Positions 1-9,923 of a stretch of 64,000 bases of DNA are shown here, one piece after another. The translations under genes were made by a program, and so were the position numbers. The DNA is from Candidatus Latescibacterota bacterium. GTDB lineage: Bacteria; Latescibacterota; UBA2968. The notes under the pieces are model-generated. The model had not been told where the DNA came from, ran no database searches, and worked only from the letters and a program-made list of their open reading frames with translations. The stretch lies in contig OZ244960.1 in NCBI GenBank assembly GCA_965222605.1, forward strand, positions 5,152,001-5,216,000. The letters run 5' to 3'. The number at the start of each line of letters is the position of its first letter. The first letter of the stretch is position 1.

Positions 1-744
1 CCCACCCCCTGAATGCAGAACCTCCAGCGGCGCGCGAATGCCCATCGACTGGAGTTGTTCGCTCAGGGAATTCAGATATCGCTGCATGACCGGCCCGAGG
101 TAGGCATTAATCACTGTCGTGCTCGTACGCTCATATTCGCGGATTTCAGGAAGGACCTCGCAGGAGGTGGTGACAAATATATCGGGAAGCGACTCCCGGG
201 CTGCAGCGACCGTCCGGAGTTCGTGCTCCGGGTTGGCGTAGGAATGGAGCAGACAGATCGCCAGTGCTTCGATCTCCTGCTGCTGCACGGTGTTCAGGAC
301 ATTTTCCAGGGACACCTGCTGGAGAGGTTCCCGCACCCGGCCGCGAGCGTCCATTCGTTCATCCAATTCGAATCGCAGGTGGCGTGGAACAAGAGGACTG
401 GGCGGGTTGTAAAAAAGGTTGTAAAGCTCGGGGATCCGAATCCGTCGCATCTCGAGAACGTCTCGAAATCCCTTTGTCGTGATCAGGGCCGTCCGGGCTC
501 CCTTGCCTTCCAGGATCGCATTTGTGGCGACAGTCGTGGCATGTGCGATTCTCTCAATGGAGACCTCTGAAATCCGGCGATCTTCAATCAATCCGCGAAG
601 CCCCTGAATGATACCCCGGGCGTAGTCCTCCGGCGTGGAAAGGACCTTCCGGACAGCGAGCGAACCGTCACTGCCCAAGACAGCAATGTCGGTAAATGTT
701 CCGCCGATATCGATGCCGATGTGAGATGATGTCGGTGATATCAA
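1..744 (-). CDS. Hydantoinase/oxoprolinase family protein (HyuA/OplA N-terminal part), runs off the window start
   Basis: Absent from the ORF track. Manual translation from TTG at 744 gives HIGIDIGGTFTD...KVLSTPEDY...HATTVATNAILEGKGARTALITTKGFRDVLEMRR, the diagnostic hydantoinase A N-terminus. GGGAGG RBS at 751-756. Confidence 0.9.
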   Translation of the reverse strand, partial: MISPTSSHIGIDIGGTFTDIAVLGSDGSLAVRKVLSTPEDYARGIIQGLRGLIEDRRISEVSIERIAHATTVATNAILEGKGARTALITTKGFRDVLEMRRIRIPELYNLFYNPPSPLVPRHLRFELDERMDARGRVREPLQQVSLENVLNTVQQQEIEALAICLLHSYANPEHELRTVAAARESLPDIFVTTSCEVLPEIREYERTSTTVINAYLGPVMQRYLNSLSEQLQSMGIRAPLEVLHSGGG

Positions 745-824
745 TTTCAGCCTCCCGATGCGGGCTCAGCTATCTTGATAGAATGGCATTTCTTCAGGCG
801 TTAGCATGAACTTTGCTCTTTCAT

Positions 825-2570
825 TCAACCCTCATCGACGACCGGCAGCACGACATGCGACGGGTACTGAGCCGTATGCAGCACGGTCTGTTGGGCCGTC
901 TGCATCCTGGTGCCGGTCGCCACATCTTCCCCGGTGTTCAAATTGCGGCTGAAGCGCGGGAAGTTGCTGCTGCTGATATCGAGCCGCAAGCGGTGCCCGG
1001 CCAAAAACGCATGGCACGCCGGACAGAGTTCGATCTTGAATTCGTCGACCTCGCCAGGCTCCAAAAGTTCCGTCTCAGTCAAGCTTTTGCGATAGCGCCC
1101 CCGCAGTATGCCCTCGCAGAGTACCAGCGAACGCCCTTCCCGATCGACATCGGTCAACCGCGCCGTAAAGTCCGTGTCCAGCGCGGACGATGCCGCATAG
1201 AGCACCACCTGAACTGGACCGATGACGATGAGATTCTCGGCCAATACAGGCGAAGTATAGACCAGCACATCGGCGCGAGCTTCAATCGACCGCTGGTCGA
1301 CCGGACCGGCCAGGAGCGGATCTTCGGCGTTCTGGCTCATCATCTGCACCGACAGGTTTCCGCCGCGGGTCGGCACCGGATCCTGCGGGTCGTACGCAAA
1401 GCGGTCGGCTGGCTCATTTCCGGGCGGCTTTTGGTCCAGGCCGCCGTCGTCGGGATCGGACTGCGCCCGGCCGTTGCTATGCATATAGTACGGCTCGGTG
1501 CGCGTGCCCGGTAGCGGCCACTGGTCGGCGCAACGCCAGCGATTGACCCCCGTCACAAAGATCCGGATCGGCTGTTCGTCAGCCATCGCACCCTCGATCC
1601 CCCTGAGTTGCCAGTCGAAAAAGCGTTGCTCTTCCTTGCGGATATCCAAAAGCGACTCCGGGCCAAAATTCATATCGCCCATCCGCGTGCTATCCGGCAC
1701 TTCGTGCGTCCACGGACCGACCAGGATCCGTTGCTGGGTGCGCGCTTGCGGCGTAGCACCGTGTTGGCTCATCCCGTTGAAGCCGCGGAAACCGGCCGCC
1801 GCATAGGGATCGAAAAAACCGCACTGTTGGAAAGTAGGTACGGTTATCTGGTGATAGCGGCCCATCGTGTTGCAGCGCTCCCAGTAAGCGTCGTAGGTCG
1901 GGTGCTCCAGCCACTCGCGCCAATAGGGCACCTTGCGTCCAATAGCCCATTCGTCGAGTTCGATCAGTGGCAGGTAGCTCCAGAAGGCGCGGTTCTGAAA
2001 GATCTTGGCCGCCTGGCTTCCGACGACCGTGGCCAAATTGGTCTCCCAAATAACCGCCGCCCCCAGCGAGAGCATCAGTTGAAACGCCCCGCCCACGTAA
2101 TGGCAGTCGCTGAAGAAATCGTCGCAGACGACGTGCGGGGCCATACATGTCAGGTGTGGGCTTTGCAACGGTGCCATCAACCACTGGGTCAGCGCCCCGT
2201 AACTGCGGCCCCAGGTAGCGATCTTGCCGTTGCACCACGCCTGTGCAGCGACGCATTCCAAGGTGTCGTAACCATCCTCGATATCGCGAAAATAGGCGTG
2301 GAACACGCCTTCGGATTCAAAGCGCCCCCGACAGTCTTCGACCACGAATGCGTATCCGCGCTCCGCCCACCAGACCCCGAGTTCGATAAACACGTCGCGA
2401 CCGCTTTCATAGGGCGTTCGCGTCACAATGGTCGGAAAGGGACCTTGCGCATAGCGCGGCAGGTAGACGTCTGCCGAGAGCCGCACGCCATCGCGCATCG
2501 GCAACCGCAACCCGTGCAGGAGGCGAACCTCGTGCAAAGCAGAGTGGTTTTGCTCATGCGTTGCTGTCAT
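825..2570 (-). CDS. CocE/NonD family hydrolase (peptidase S15 / X-Pro dipeptidyl-peptidase-like)
   Basis: Motifs MRDGVRLSADVYLP, RTPY, DCRGRFESEG, nucleophile GRSYGA, GPWTH and C-terminal PepX_C-like ISSSNFPRFSRNLNTG. Confidence 0.93.
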   Translation of the reverse strand: MTATHEQNHSALHEVRLLHGLRLPMRDGVRLSADVYLPRYAQGPFPTIVTRTPYESGRDVFIELGVWWAERGYAFVVEDCRGRFESEGVFHAYFRDIEDGYDTLECVAAQAWCNGKIATWGRSYGALTQWLMAPLQSPHLTCMAPHVVCDDFFSDCHYVGGAFQLMLSLGAAVIWETNLATVVGSQAAKIFQNRAFWSYLPLIELDEWAIGRKVPYWREWLEHPTYDAYWERCNTMGRYHQITVPTFQQCGFFDPYAAAGFRGFNGMSQHGATPQARTQQRILVGPWTHEVPDSTRMGDMNFGPESLLDIRKEEQRFFDWQLRGIEGAMADEQPIRIFVTGVNRWRCADQWPLPGTRTEPYYMHSNGRAQSDPDDGGLDQKPPGNEPADRFAYDPQDPVPTRGGNLSVQMMSQNAEDPLLAGPVDQRSIEARADVLVYTSPVLAENLIVIGPVQVVLYAASSALDTDFTARLTDVDREGRSLVLCEGILRGRYRKSLTETELLEPGEVDEFKIELCPACHAFLAGHRLRLDISSSNFPRFSRNLNTGEDVATGTRMQTAQQTVLHTAQYPSHVVLPVVDEG

Positions 2571-2649
2571 TAACTCGACTCCTTCGCGCCGTCAGTAATG
2601 TTCTCGGACATCATGTTCCTATCGGCCCTTACCCTTCAGGTGATTGTCT

Positions 2650-3434
2650 TCACCACCGGATGGACACGGGCGTCAGCAGCCCGGCGGCTTGGCGTTCCCG
2701 TAGGGCCGTCGCGGCTTTCCCTTCCAGGAAGAGCTCAGGCTGGTTCAAACCCAATAGGTTCGCCGCGCTACTCGTGACCTCTAACTCGATCTCGTTCGGC
2801 CCCGGCAGCACGAGATCCGTGATGTCGAACGTGTAGGGGCGCCAGAGGCGCGGTGCGAGACGATGCCCGTTGACAATCAGTGCTGCCACTGCGGCGACCT
2901 CCTCTGCATGAGCCCAGACGCGGCCCCCCAGTGGCGGCAACTCGCATCGCCAGCGGTACCGGGCCGTGCCTGTGTAGTTTGGAAAGCCCGCCTCAGCCCA
3001 TGACCCGGGGCTGAGGCGCCGTCGTGTCTTGACCAGGGCACAGGGCGCTCGGACTCGCCGTAGAAGCCGGCCAGGCAGTACGACACCTCATCAGTGAAGA
3101 GGCCGGCAATCGTCTTGCCCAGCTCTCCGGGGAAACGGCTGCGGTAGGCTTCATGAGTGAGCTCAATGAATGCCCGTACGGTCTCCGGGTCGGAAACATC
3201 GCCGTAGCCCTCTTGCCCCCAGCAGAAGGGCGACCACTGCGCAAAAGGGCACACCCCATTCTGTGGCGTCTCGTGGAAGACGGTCGCTTTGCCCGATTCG
3301 TCCACGCATTGCCATGCAGCGTGATCGTCCTGGGGTGGCACACCAAGGGGGGCGTTCCAGAACCACATGATGTGCGGACGGTAGGCGTCCCCAGGTGTGG
3401 CGAACTGCTTGATGAAGTCGTTGCTCAGAGGCAT
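2650..3434 (-). pseudogene. Internally deleted, frameshifted GH106/alpha-L-rhamnosidase-like glycoside hydrolase remnant
   Basis: N-terminus FATPGDAYRPHIMWFWN joins almost directly to DPETVRAFIELTHEAYRSRFPGELGKTIAGLFTDE...VPWS. A frame change near 3030 leads to a C-terminal sugar-binding domain (GSWAEAGFPNYTGTARY...VNGH...LWRPYTFDITDLVLPGPNEIELEVTSSAAN). About 260 codons remain versus about 1000 aa typical for the family. Confidence 0.75.
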
Positions 3435-3444
3435 CTATCACCTC

Positions 3445-4842
3445 TCAGTCATTTTCGAATAATTCCGTCAGTATTGCCAACGTCGCTTCGACGATGCGCT
3501 CCAACGAGTCCGGCGCAAACTTGGCCCAGTAGGTGCAGTGGGCGTTGGTTTCGTGCCCTGGTCTTGCGCAGGCGTCGCTCGTGGGGAGGTAGCCGACGTA
3601 TTGCGTGGACATGTGAGCGATGAAGGTGAGCTTCGCAGGTGACCTGGTCTTAATCTCCAATTGACCTTCCACGAACGGCTCGCCGGGCAGAGAAATGATA
3701 GCCATGTCGCCGATGCGGAAGACCTGGATTTCATACATGAATTGCGGCTCACGATTGCGGCAAAGCTCGATGCTTTTCGTCGACGCGGCATGAAACCATG
3801 TGGGGTCCACTTCGCCGTTGTCTTGTAGTTTCAGCGTTGGGTGTTCGGCCAGAATGAGGTTGACCTGGTCTTGCCGATCGTCAGGAATATCGCGATACGC
3901 CAGAGGGATTTTTTCGAAACGCCAATCGATCGAATCAACGTCTGCAAAGTTCAGCGATTCGATGACGGCTTGTGTGGTGTCCGCCAATTCATTCCCCATG
4001 CGCACGTGGTCAGGCGTGAAGTTGGGCGTAAAGGCAGGCCATGGATTGACGTTGCCACAACATCCGTTGATGACCAGGGGCGAGCACATCAGACTGTTTT
4101 GGTCTTTGACTTTTGCGCTCCACGCGCCGGGCCAGTCGGCGCAGACGGTATTTTTTTCCCGAGCAAACACGTTGACCGGATGACAGGTAAAGTGCAGCAG
4201 CATCGCGGCTGTGTCACCCGCGGCCGATTGTGCGCACCACACACCCACCTGTGGGTCGGCAGGGCCTTCCAGGTAAACGATGTCCGTCGGCCCCAGAGGT
4301 TTGGCGTCGCTGGTGAAGGGCCACGGCATGCTGATATTGCCGCCGCGCATCACGCCACGCCGATTAAAGGCCAGGTCGTCGCGAACGGCATGCCCCCTGG
4401 CGACCTGCACTGGCGTTAACGCATCGTTCGCTTCCTGGATCGCGCGGGTTGCGCCAGCGACGGCCTGCTTCGTATACGCGGCTTCACTACCGGTGATGTG
4501 CTCCTGATCAGCTCTTAGGTCAAGCGGGAAATCCGGGTCGAGCATGAGGGCGCCGCAACTCGGCGCCGAGTGATTCTGCAACGAATGCACCATCACGGCG
4601 TGGGGTTCAAAGCCCAGCGCGACAGCGCTTTCTCGAATGGCCCGGGTGTAGGGCAAAGTAACCGCCAACGTGTCTAGCGTGATGATACACAATTTCGCGT
4701 CTTTGGCCTGGGCGACCATCACTTTGGCGTAAAGTGGATCGAGGATTTTTTGAGCAGGGCGGTGTTCTCCCATGCCGCTTCCGGCCAGGTGCGTGCCCAA
4801 AGGCGGTGTGATGTCGATGGCGGCTTGGCCTATTTGAAGCAT
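3445..4842 (-). CDS. Neutral/alkaline ceramidase-like hydrolase
   Basis: Start moved to ATG 4842 (AAGGA RBS). Motifs GQAAIDITPP, DPLYAKV, QNHSAP, NRR, FTCHP, ADWPG, NGCCGNVNP, LPGEPFVE, YVGYLPT. Confidence 0.75.
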   Translation of the reverse strand: MLQIGQAAIDITPPLGTHLAGSGMGEHRPAQKILDPLYAKVMVAQAKDAKLCIITLDTLAVTLPYTRAIRESAVALGFEPHAVMVHSLQNHSAPSCGALMLDPDFPLDLRADQEHITGSEAAYTKQAVAGATRAIQEANDALTPVQVARGHAVRDDLAFNRRGVMRGGNISMPWPFTSDAKPLGPTDIVYLEGPADPQVGVWCAQSAAGDTAAMLLHFTCHPVNVFAREKNTVCADWPGAWSAKVKDQNSLMCSPLVINGCCGNVNPWPAFTPNFTPDHVRMGNELADTTQAVIESLNFADVDSIDWRFEKIPLAYRDIPDDRQDQVNLILAEHPTLKLQDNGEVDPTWFHAASTKSIELCRNREPQFMYEIQVFRIGDMAIISLPGEPFVEGQLEIKTRSPAKLTFIAHMSTQYVGYLPTSDACARPGHETNAHCTYWAKFAPDSLERIVEATLAILTELFEND

Positions 4843-5005
4843 AGCACAACATCCTTGATGGGGGCGTATATCTTGACCGTGCGCGGGCTCTTGATGTGGT
4901 TTTGCCACAGAGGTCACGGGGAATGACCAGGTTTTTGGCTGAATCAGCTCAATATACTCTGTATTTATGGTGAGCAATACTGAAATCGAACTGGGTAAGG
5001 CAAGC

Positions 5006-5027
5006 GTTATTGTAATATTACAATAAC
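5006..5027. promoter_or_regulatory. Perfect 22-bp palindrome GTTATTGTAATATTACAATAAC (candidate operator or recombination site)
   Basis: Sequence equals its own reverse complement. Intergenic, upstream of the GC-rich minus-strand operon. Confidence 0.5.
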
Positions 5028-5098
5028 TTAGAGTAATGGTAAAAGGAATGGGGATCAATGGGGGCTACAGGTAGCAACTCTAAGAGTGGCTGTGAAAT

Positions 5099-7249
5099 CT
5101 ATTTTGTAAGCAACATTTTGTGTACGAGCACATCTGAACCGGCTTGCAGGCGATACAAATATATGCCCGTACTTACCTCGCGCCCAATCTCGTTGCGTCC
5201 ATCCCATACCACGGTATAGTTCCCGACAGGTTGGAAATGCCGAACCAGCAACCTGATCTCCTGCCCTAATATATTGTAAATAGCCAGCCGCACATCTGTT
5301 GCCTCGCGTAAAGAATAGCGAATAGTAGTGGTCGGGTTAAACGGATTTGGATGATTCTGACCCAACGATGCTTTTGGGGGCTTTGCAGCGAGTTTGGTTG
5401 CACTTTCTATCTTGGACATTAGAACCATCTGACCACCTTGAATCAGACCTTCACTTTTGATAATGCCATCGTATATACTATGAGCCTGTATATTGGTAAT
5501 GAGTAGCCGCTCGCCGGGTTGTGTGTCAAACAAACCGGTTACATCAAGCACGCCCGAGGTTTCCCAATCTCCCAGATCGTCTGGATCGCTGTCGGTTTGC
5601 CCGGGTGGCAATACAGATCGATTCACAACGGCAATGCGCGTGAGTTGTCCATTGTTGGGATTCAATTCCCATATGGAAGCTTCGATATTGCTCACGCCAC
5701 CAAACGTATTATTTTTCGTTGAACGATCTTCGTTAATATAAATCATCCCGTTATCAGCCCAGTCCAAATTGTCGGGACTGCGTAACCCAAAGTCTGAATC
5801 CGAAAACTGACCTCCACCTGCATCGTCACCATCGTAGAGAATGTCAATTTTAGCAGACAGATTGGAAAAATCAATATCAATCAAGTATGTGGTGCCCCAG
5901 TCATCAGAGGCAAATAACTGACCGCGACCGGTTGAGGCCAACACGGCCTGTGTGCCATCTTCTGGATTGGTTGACACATCTTCTGGGCGCGAAAATTTGA
6001 ATGTACCAACACCATCGGCCAATGCATCCTGCATGGACTGTGTAGCAAAACCCAGTGCATCGTAACCCATTGTACTGGCTCGGCTGGCGTCATAATGGTC
6101 AATTTTTATAAACTTGCCCGTGCGACTTGTGCCCGTGCCATTCCACGCGTCGGGATCCCGATCGCCATTATCGGCTACCCAGACATATAACTCGCCATTG
6201 GCAAGACCATTGCGCTGGACAAACCCACCTGACATTTTTGTACCCATATACAAAATTAGAGGCGCTCCCGTGCGGTCATCGCCAGCCAGAACAGCAACCC
6301 GATCAGAACCAGTGTCCAATAGCGTCACATTCTCCCAGGCGGCTTTGCCCAGCCAGGGGAGCGCGTACAAAACGCCATTTTTCACATCTAAGGCATACTC
6401 TAAACCACCGCTGGAAACTTCCTCGCCCGTAAAATAAATATCATCCACCAGTCCGTATTCGCCAGACTGAAACAACGCACTGGAACACAAGCGGCGGAGC
6501 CCCAGACCACTATTGAGTTGGGAAGCGTTTCTGATTATCTGACCATTTGCGCCAATAATGGTATCATAGGCCAGGCCAGCTCCCATAAGCTGGCGGGTCA
6601 TTGAATTGATATCAAAATAACTCACGCGCGCACCGGCCAATCTCGCGCCGCTTTTGAGACTGTAGGCATAGCCAATAGCACCGTACAGTTCGTGATTTAC
6701 ATATACGCGCACCCGTCTATTGCCCATTTTGATTGCGCCGATGCCGTCCAATATTCCCGGTGGTATATATCCATTCACGGATTCACCCACGGTAAATAAC
6801 GGCATGATGTTCCAACCGTCTTGAGACGTCATCATTGCAGGTACAATTGCAGGTACAGAAGTATCTGTTGTTGTGAGGTTGATAAATCGCACATTCCCAC
6901 TCAAATCGATCTCATAAGTTATGAGTCTTCCAGGTGTGAGTGGAATGCTGGACCAGCGAGCAATGATTTCACCATCTGTCGAACGCACCCGTGCTTGATA
7001 CATCCCGTTTACGCTGCTGAGAGCATCCGCTATTACCGTCACCACGGCGTGGCCCCTGTCGTCTGTGGTAGCCTGCCACATGCTATAGTCGGGCGCCTGG
7101 CCGGCAATTGAGCGGGAAATTTCCACTGTCAGCCCGCTTATATTGCCATTATCCACAACATGCACTTCCACCAGTCCGACTGCCCGGGCAGGCAATGGGC
7201 ATAATGCGAGTGCGACAAACATCCACAGAAACACAAATCGTTTCCACAT
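5099..7249 (-). CDS. Secreted PhoX/DUF839-like alkaline phosphatase family protein with C-terminal FlgD-Ig (T9SS-like sorting) domain
   Basis: Signal peptide. PhoX-type motifs VNHE, RLCS, WEN, RPED, SPDNL, INED, WETSG, NIQAH. C-terminal LGQNHPNPFNPTTTIRY...WDGRN...GIYLYRL. Confidence 0.8.
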   Translation of the reverse strand: MWKRFVFLWMFVALALCPLPARAVGLVEVHVVDNGNISGLTVEISRSIAGQAPDYSMWQATTDDRGHAVVTVIADALSSVNGMYQARVRSTDGEIIARWSSIPLTPGRLITYEIDLSGNVRFINLTTTDTSVPAIVPAMMTSQDGWNIMPLFTVGESVNGYIPPGILDGIGAIKMGNRRVRVYVNHELYGAIGYAYSLKSGARLAGARVSYFDINSMTRQLMGAGLAYDTIIGANGQIIRNASQLNSGLGLRRLCSSALFQSGEYGLVDDIYFTGEEVSSGGLEYALDVKNGVLYALPWLGKAAWENVTLLDTGSDRVAVLAGDDRTGAPLILYMGTKMSGGFVQRNGLANGELYVWVADNGDRDPDAWNGTGTSRTGKFIKIDHYDASRASTMGYDALGFATQSMQDALADGVGTFKFSRPEDVSTNPEDGTQAVLASTGRGQLFASDDWGTTYLIDIDFSNLSAKIDILYDGDDAGGGQFSDSDFGLRSPDNLDWADNGMIYINEDRSTKNNTFGGVSNIEASIWELNPNNGQLTRIAVVNRSVLPPGQTDSDPDDLGDWETSGVLDVTGLFDTQPGERLLITNIQAHSIYDGIIKSEGLIQGGQMVLMSKIESATKLAAKPPKASLGQNHPNPFNPTTTIRYSLREATDVRLAIYNILGQEIRLLVRHFQPVGNYTVVWDGRNEIGREVSTGIYLYRLQAGSDVLVHKMLLTK

Positions 7250-7733
7250 TACAAAACTCCTTAAAAAAAGTGAACCATCCCCGCAGAGGTACTATTGCAT
7301 CGTGGCGTAAGTCATACGCCATATAGAAGTGAACAGCAAAACCTTCTGGATTGCGGCTTAAACCATGCCGCAATGACAATCGCAAGTAAGATTAATATGC
7401 ACAATCTTTTTTACCGAGATGCACTATGCACTTTGCGGTGCGTGACTGAACGGTCATTCGATTTTTTTTGTGCGAAGAGTATATTCGCTATCCGGTGGCA
7501 TCAGAATCCATTTTGGACTGCAACATATACTGTCAAGAATAGATAAAATTTGTAGGACCACATATAATAATATAATATTTGAGTTATATATAAAAATCGA
7601 TTTCCAAAGAGGGAATCAACCTTTGTACCGATCTTGTCCGTTGATTTTACGCGCCAAATAACCTATTTTCTTCGCACATTTTATACACGGAGATCCGATT
7701 CTAATAACGCGTAGTTGAGCGGTAACCATTTTT

Positions 7734-8570
7734 ATGCATTGGCTCTTTTTTTCTATTATACTCGATTTCGGTTTTGTTCAGCTTTTCAAGCTCGGACAAA
7801 GACGCGGCTATTACGCGCCAGTGGTTATTACTACCAACTACCTTGTTTTAGCTCTCGCAATCGCCGTTTATCTCCTCATTACCGATGCGTGGACATTTCC
7901 CGCACTTGCCCTTTACACGGGGTTGGGAGCTGGTACGGTTTTTATCAGTTCCATGTTGCTGATGAATCACGCGCTTACTCTCGCGCCTATTGGTTCTGTG
8001 GTTACGGCTTTCCGAATGTCCATTGTCGTGCCCATTGTGCTGGGCATTTATCTCTGGGGCGAATCCATGGCCCCAACGCAGTTTGTGGGGCTGCTTCTCG
8101 CGCTCAGTGCTCTGGCACTTATGACTTCTCATCCGGGCAGAACCGCGCATGTCAGAGGCATAAAAGCATTTGGTTTGCTCATCGCGGTTTGTCTCTGGCA
8201 AGGCGTAAGCCATACGTGTTTGCGGTCTGTTCACTACAATGGTCTCGATAGTGTCTTTTTGCACGTTCTGATGTTTATTGGTACGACTGCCGCACTGATG
8301 GGTAGTGTTGTCATCATTTTTAAAAAACACCGACCACAACGGCCTGCGGTTAAACTCGGCATTTTTATTGGTCTTTACAATGTTCTGGCACTTTGCGTCA
8401 TTATGACCGCATTAAGCAAGTTGCCGGGCACGCTTTTTTTTCCGACATTGGGATGTAGTGTTGTTGTGCTGGATAACCTCTTTGCCCATTTTTACTGGAA
8501 AGAACGCCTCGCCCGACCCGCTATTGCCGGTGTGGGTATCGCTGTTCTTGCCGTTCTTCTGGTTTTGTGA
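7734..8570 (+). CDS. EamA/DMT family transporter
   Basis: 278 aa with about 10 hydrophobic segments in two repeats; motifs IYLWGE and FYWKERL. Confidence 0.85.
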   Translation: MHWLFFSIILDFGFVQLFKLGQRRGYYAPVVITTNYLVLALAIAVYLLITDAWTFPALALYTGLGAGTVFISSMLLMNHALTLAPIGSVVTAFRMSIVVPIVLGIYLWGESMAPTQFVGLLLALSALALMTSHPGRTAHVRGIKAFGLLIAVCLWQGVSHTCLRSVHYNGLDSVFLHVLMFIGTTAALMGSVVIIFKKHRPQRPAVKLGIFIGLYNVLALCVIMTALSKLPGTLFFPTLGCSVVVLDNLFAHFYWKERLARPAIAGVGIAVLAVLLVL

Positions 8571-8582
8571 AAGGAATTCTCC

Positions 8583-9920
8583 ATGAGCCGACCAAATATT
8601 GTTTTTGTATTCGCCGATGACTGGGGTTGGGGCGATTTGAGTTGTTATGGACATCCTCATGCCAAGACGCCAAATCTGGATCGCCTCGCCGCACAGGGGA
8701 CCCTTTTCTCTCAGTTCTACGTTTGCTCTGGGGTTTGTTCCCCAAGCCGCGCCGCTGTTATGACCGGGCGTTTTCCAGCGCACTGGGGCATACACGGGCA
8801 TTTTGCGCAGAACGAGCAAAACGCGGCACGGGGTATGCCCAATTTTCTCGATCCCGATGCGGTTACAGTCACTGGTCTGTTACAACAAAGCGGGTACGCA
8901 GTGGGGCACTTTGGCAAGTGGCATCTCGGTAGCGGCGCAGGCGCACCTGGTCCTTATGATTACGGTATTGACGAGTCCAAGATCAATGTGGGCAATGGTC
9001 CATTGCTCGATTTTACCGATTTGCAGACTGGCGAGGGCCGCAGCCGCTCTACGGAGGTGATTATTGATGAAACCATTGGTTTTATTGAGCGCAACAAAAA
9101 CGAGCCTTTTTTTGTTCAGGCATGGCTCAATGATACCCATGCGATTCTCGATCCCACAGAAGAACAGATGGAACCCTACAAGCAATTCACGGCGAATGGC
9201 CTGGAAGATAAACACAAGGGCGCGTTGCGGATTTACTACTCGGTTGTCACAAATGCAGACCGCCATATTGGCCGGCTGATGGATAAACTCGACGAATTGA
9301 ATTTGAGCGATAATACCATTGTCATTTTTTCTGCGGACAACGGTCCCGAAGATATCCATATTCGCAATGCTACGCACAGCGGCGTCGGTTCTTCCGGCCC
9401 TTTCCGCGGTCGCAAACGCAGCCTCTACGAAGGCGGGGTGCGTACGCCTTTTATTATTCGCTGGCCCAATGGCGTTTCTGCCGGGCGCATTGATAATGAT
9501 ACGCCGCTTTGCGCGGTCGATTTTTTGCCCACTTTTTGCAATCTGGCTGGCGTTGATATCGATGGTCTGGTGCTCAATGGGGAAGACATGACCGATGCTC
9601 TGCGCGGTCGCAGTATTGAAAGAAAAAAACCGCTCCTGTGGGAATGGCGGTTCAATATTGCCGGTCACTGTTTGCACAAAAGTCCCATGCTTTCCATTCG
9701 AGAAGGCGATTGGAAATTGCTTTTAAATCCCGACCGCAGCCGCGTCGAACTCTTCAATATTCCACGAGATCCGATGGAACTCAACAATCGCGCAGAATAT
9801 ATGCCAGAGCGCGTCGCGCAAATGGCTGATCGGGTGCTCGCCTGGCAAGATACCCTGCCCGAAGGTCCAATTGATGACAATGCGGGATCCAATGCGTATC
9901 CCTGGCCCGGTACGTTTTAG
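8583..9920 (+). CDS. Sulfatase (Cys-type, N-acetylgalactosamine-6-sulfatase-like)
   Basis: Motifs RPNIVFVFADDWGWGD, CSPSRAAVMTGR, GKWHLG, SADNG, GRKRSLYEGGVRTP. Confidence 0.95.
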   Translation: MSRPNIVFVFADDWGWGDLSCYGHPHAKTPNLDRLAAQGTLFSQFYVCSGVCSPSRAAVMTGRFPAHWGIHGHFAQNEQNAARGMPNFLDPDAVTVTGLLQQSGYAVGHFGKWHLGSGAGAPGPYDYGIDESKINVGNGPLLDFTDLQTGEGRSRSTEVIIDETIGFIERNKNEPFFVQAWLNDTHAILDPTEEQMEPYKQFTANGLEDKHKGALRIYYSVVTNADRHIGRLMDKLDELNLSDNTIVIFSADNGPEDIHIRNATHSGVGSSGPFRGRKRSLYEGGVRTPFIIRWPNGVSAGRIDNDTPLCAVDFLPTFCNLAGVDIDGLVLNGEDMTDALRGRSIERKKPLLWEWRFNIAGHCLHKSPMLSIREGDWKLLLNPDRSRVELFNIPRDPMELNNRAEYMPERVAQMADRVLAWQDTLPEGPIDDNAGSNAYPWPGTF

Positions 9921-9923
9921 AAT

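Noticed and set aside
4843-5058. N-terminal extensions in the ORF track (also 10234, 11557, 12390, 20503, 38169, 38959, 47596)
   Set aside because: Downstream starts have RBSs and coincide with where family homology begins; the extensions overlap neighbouring genes or promoters.
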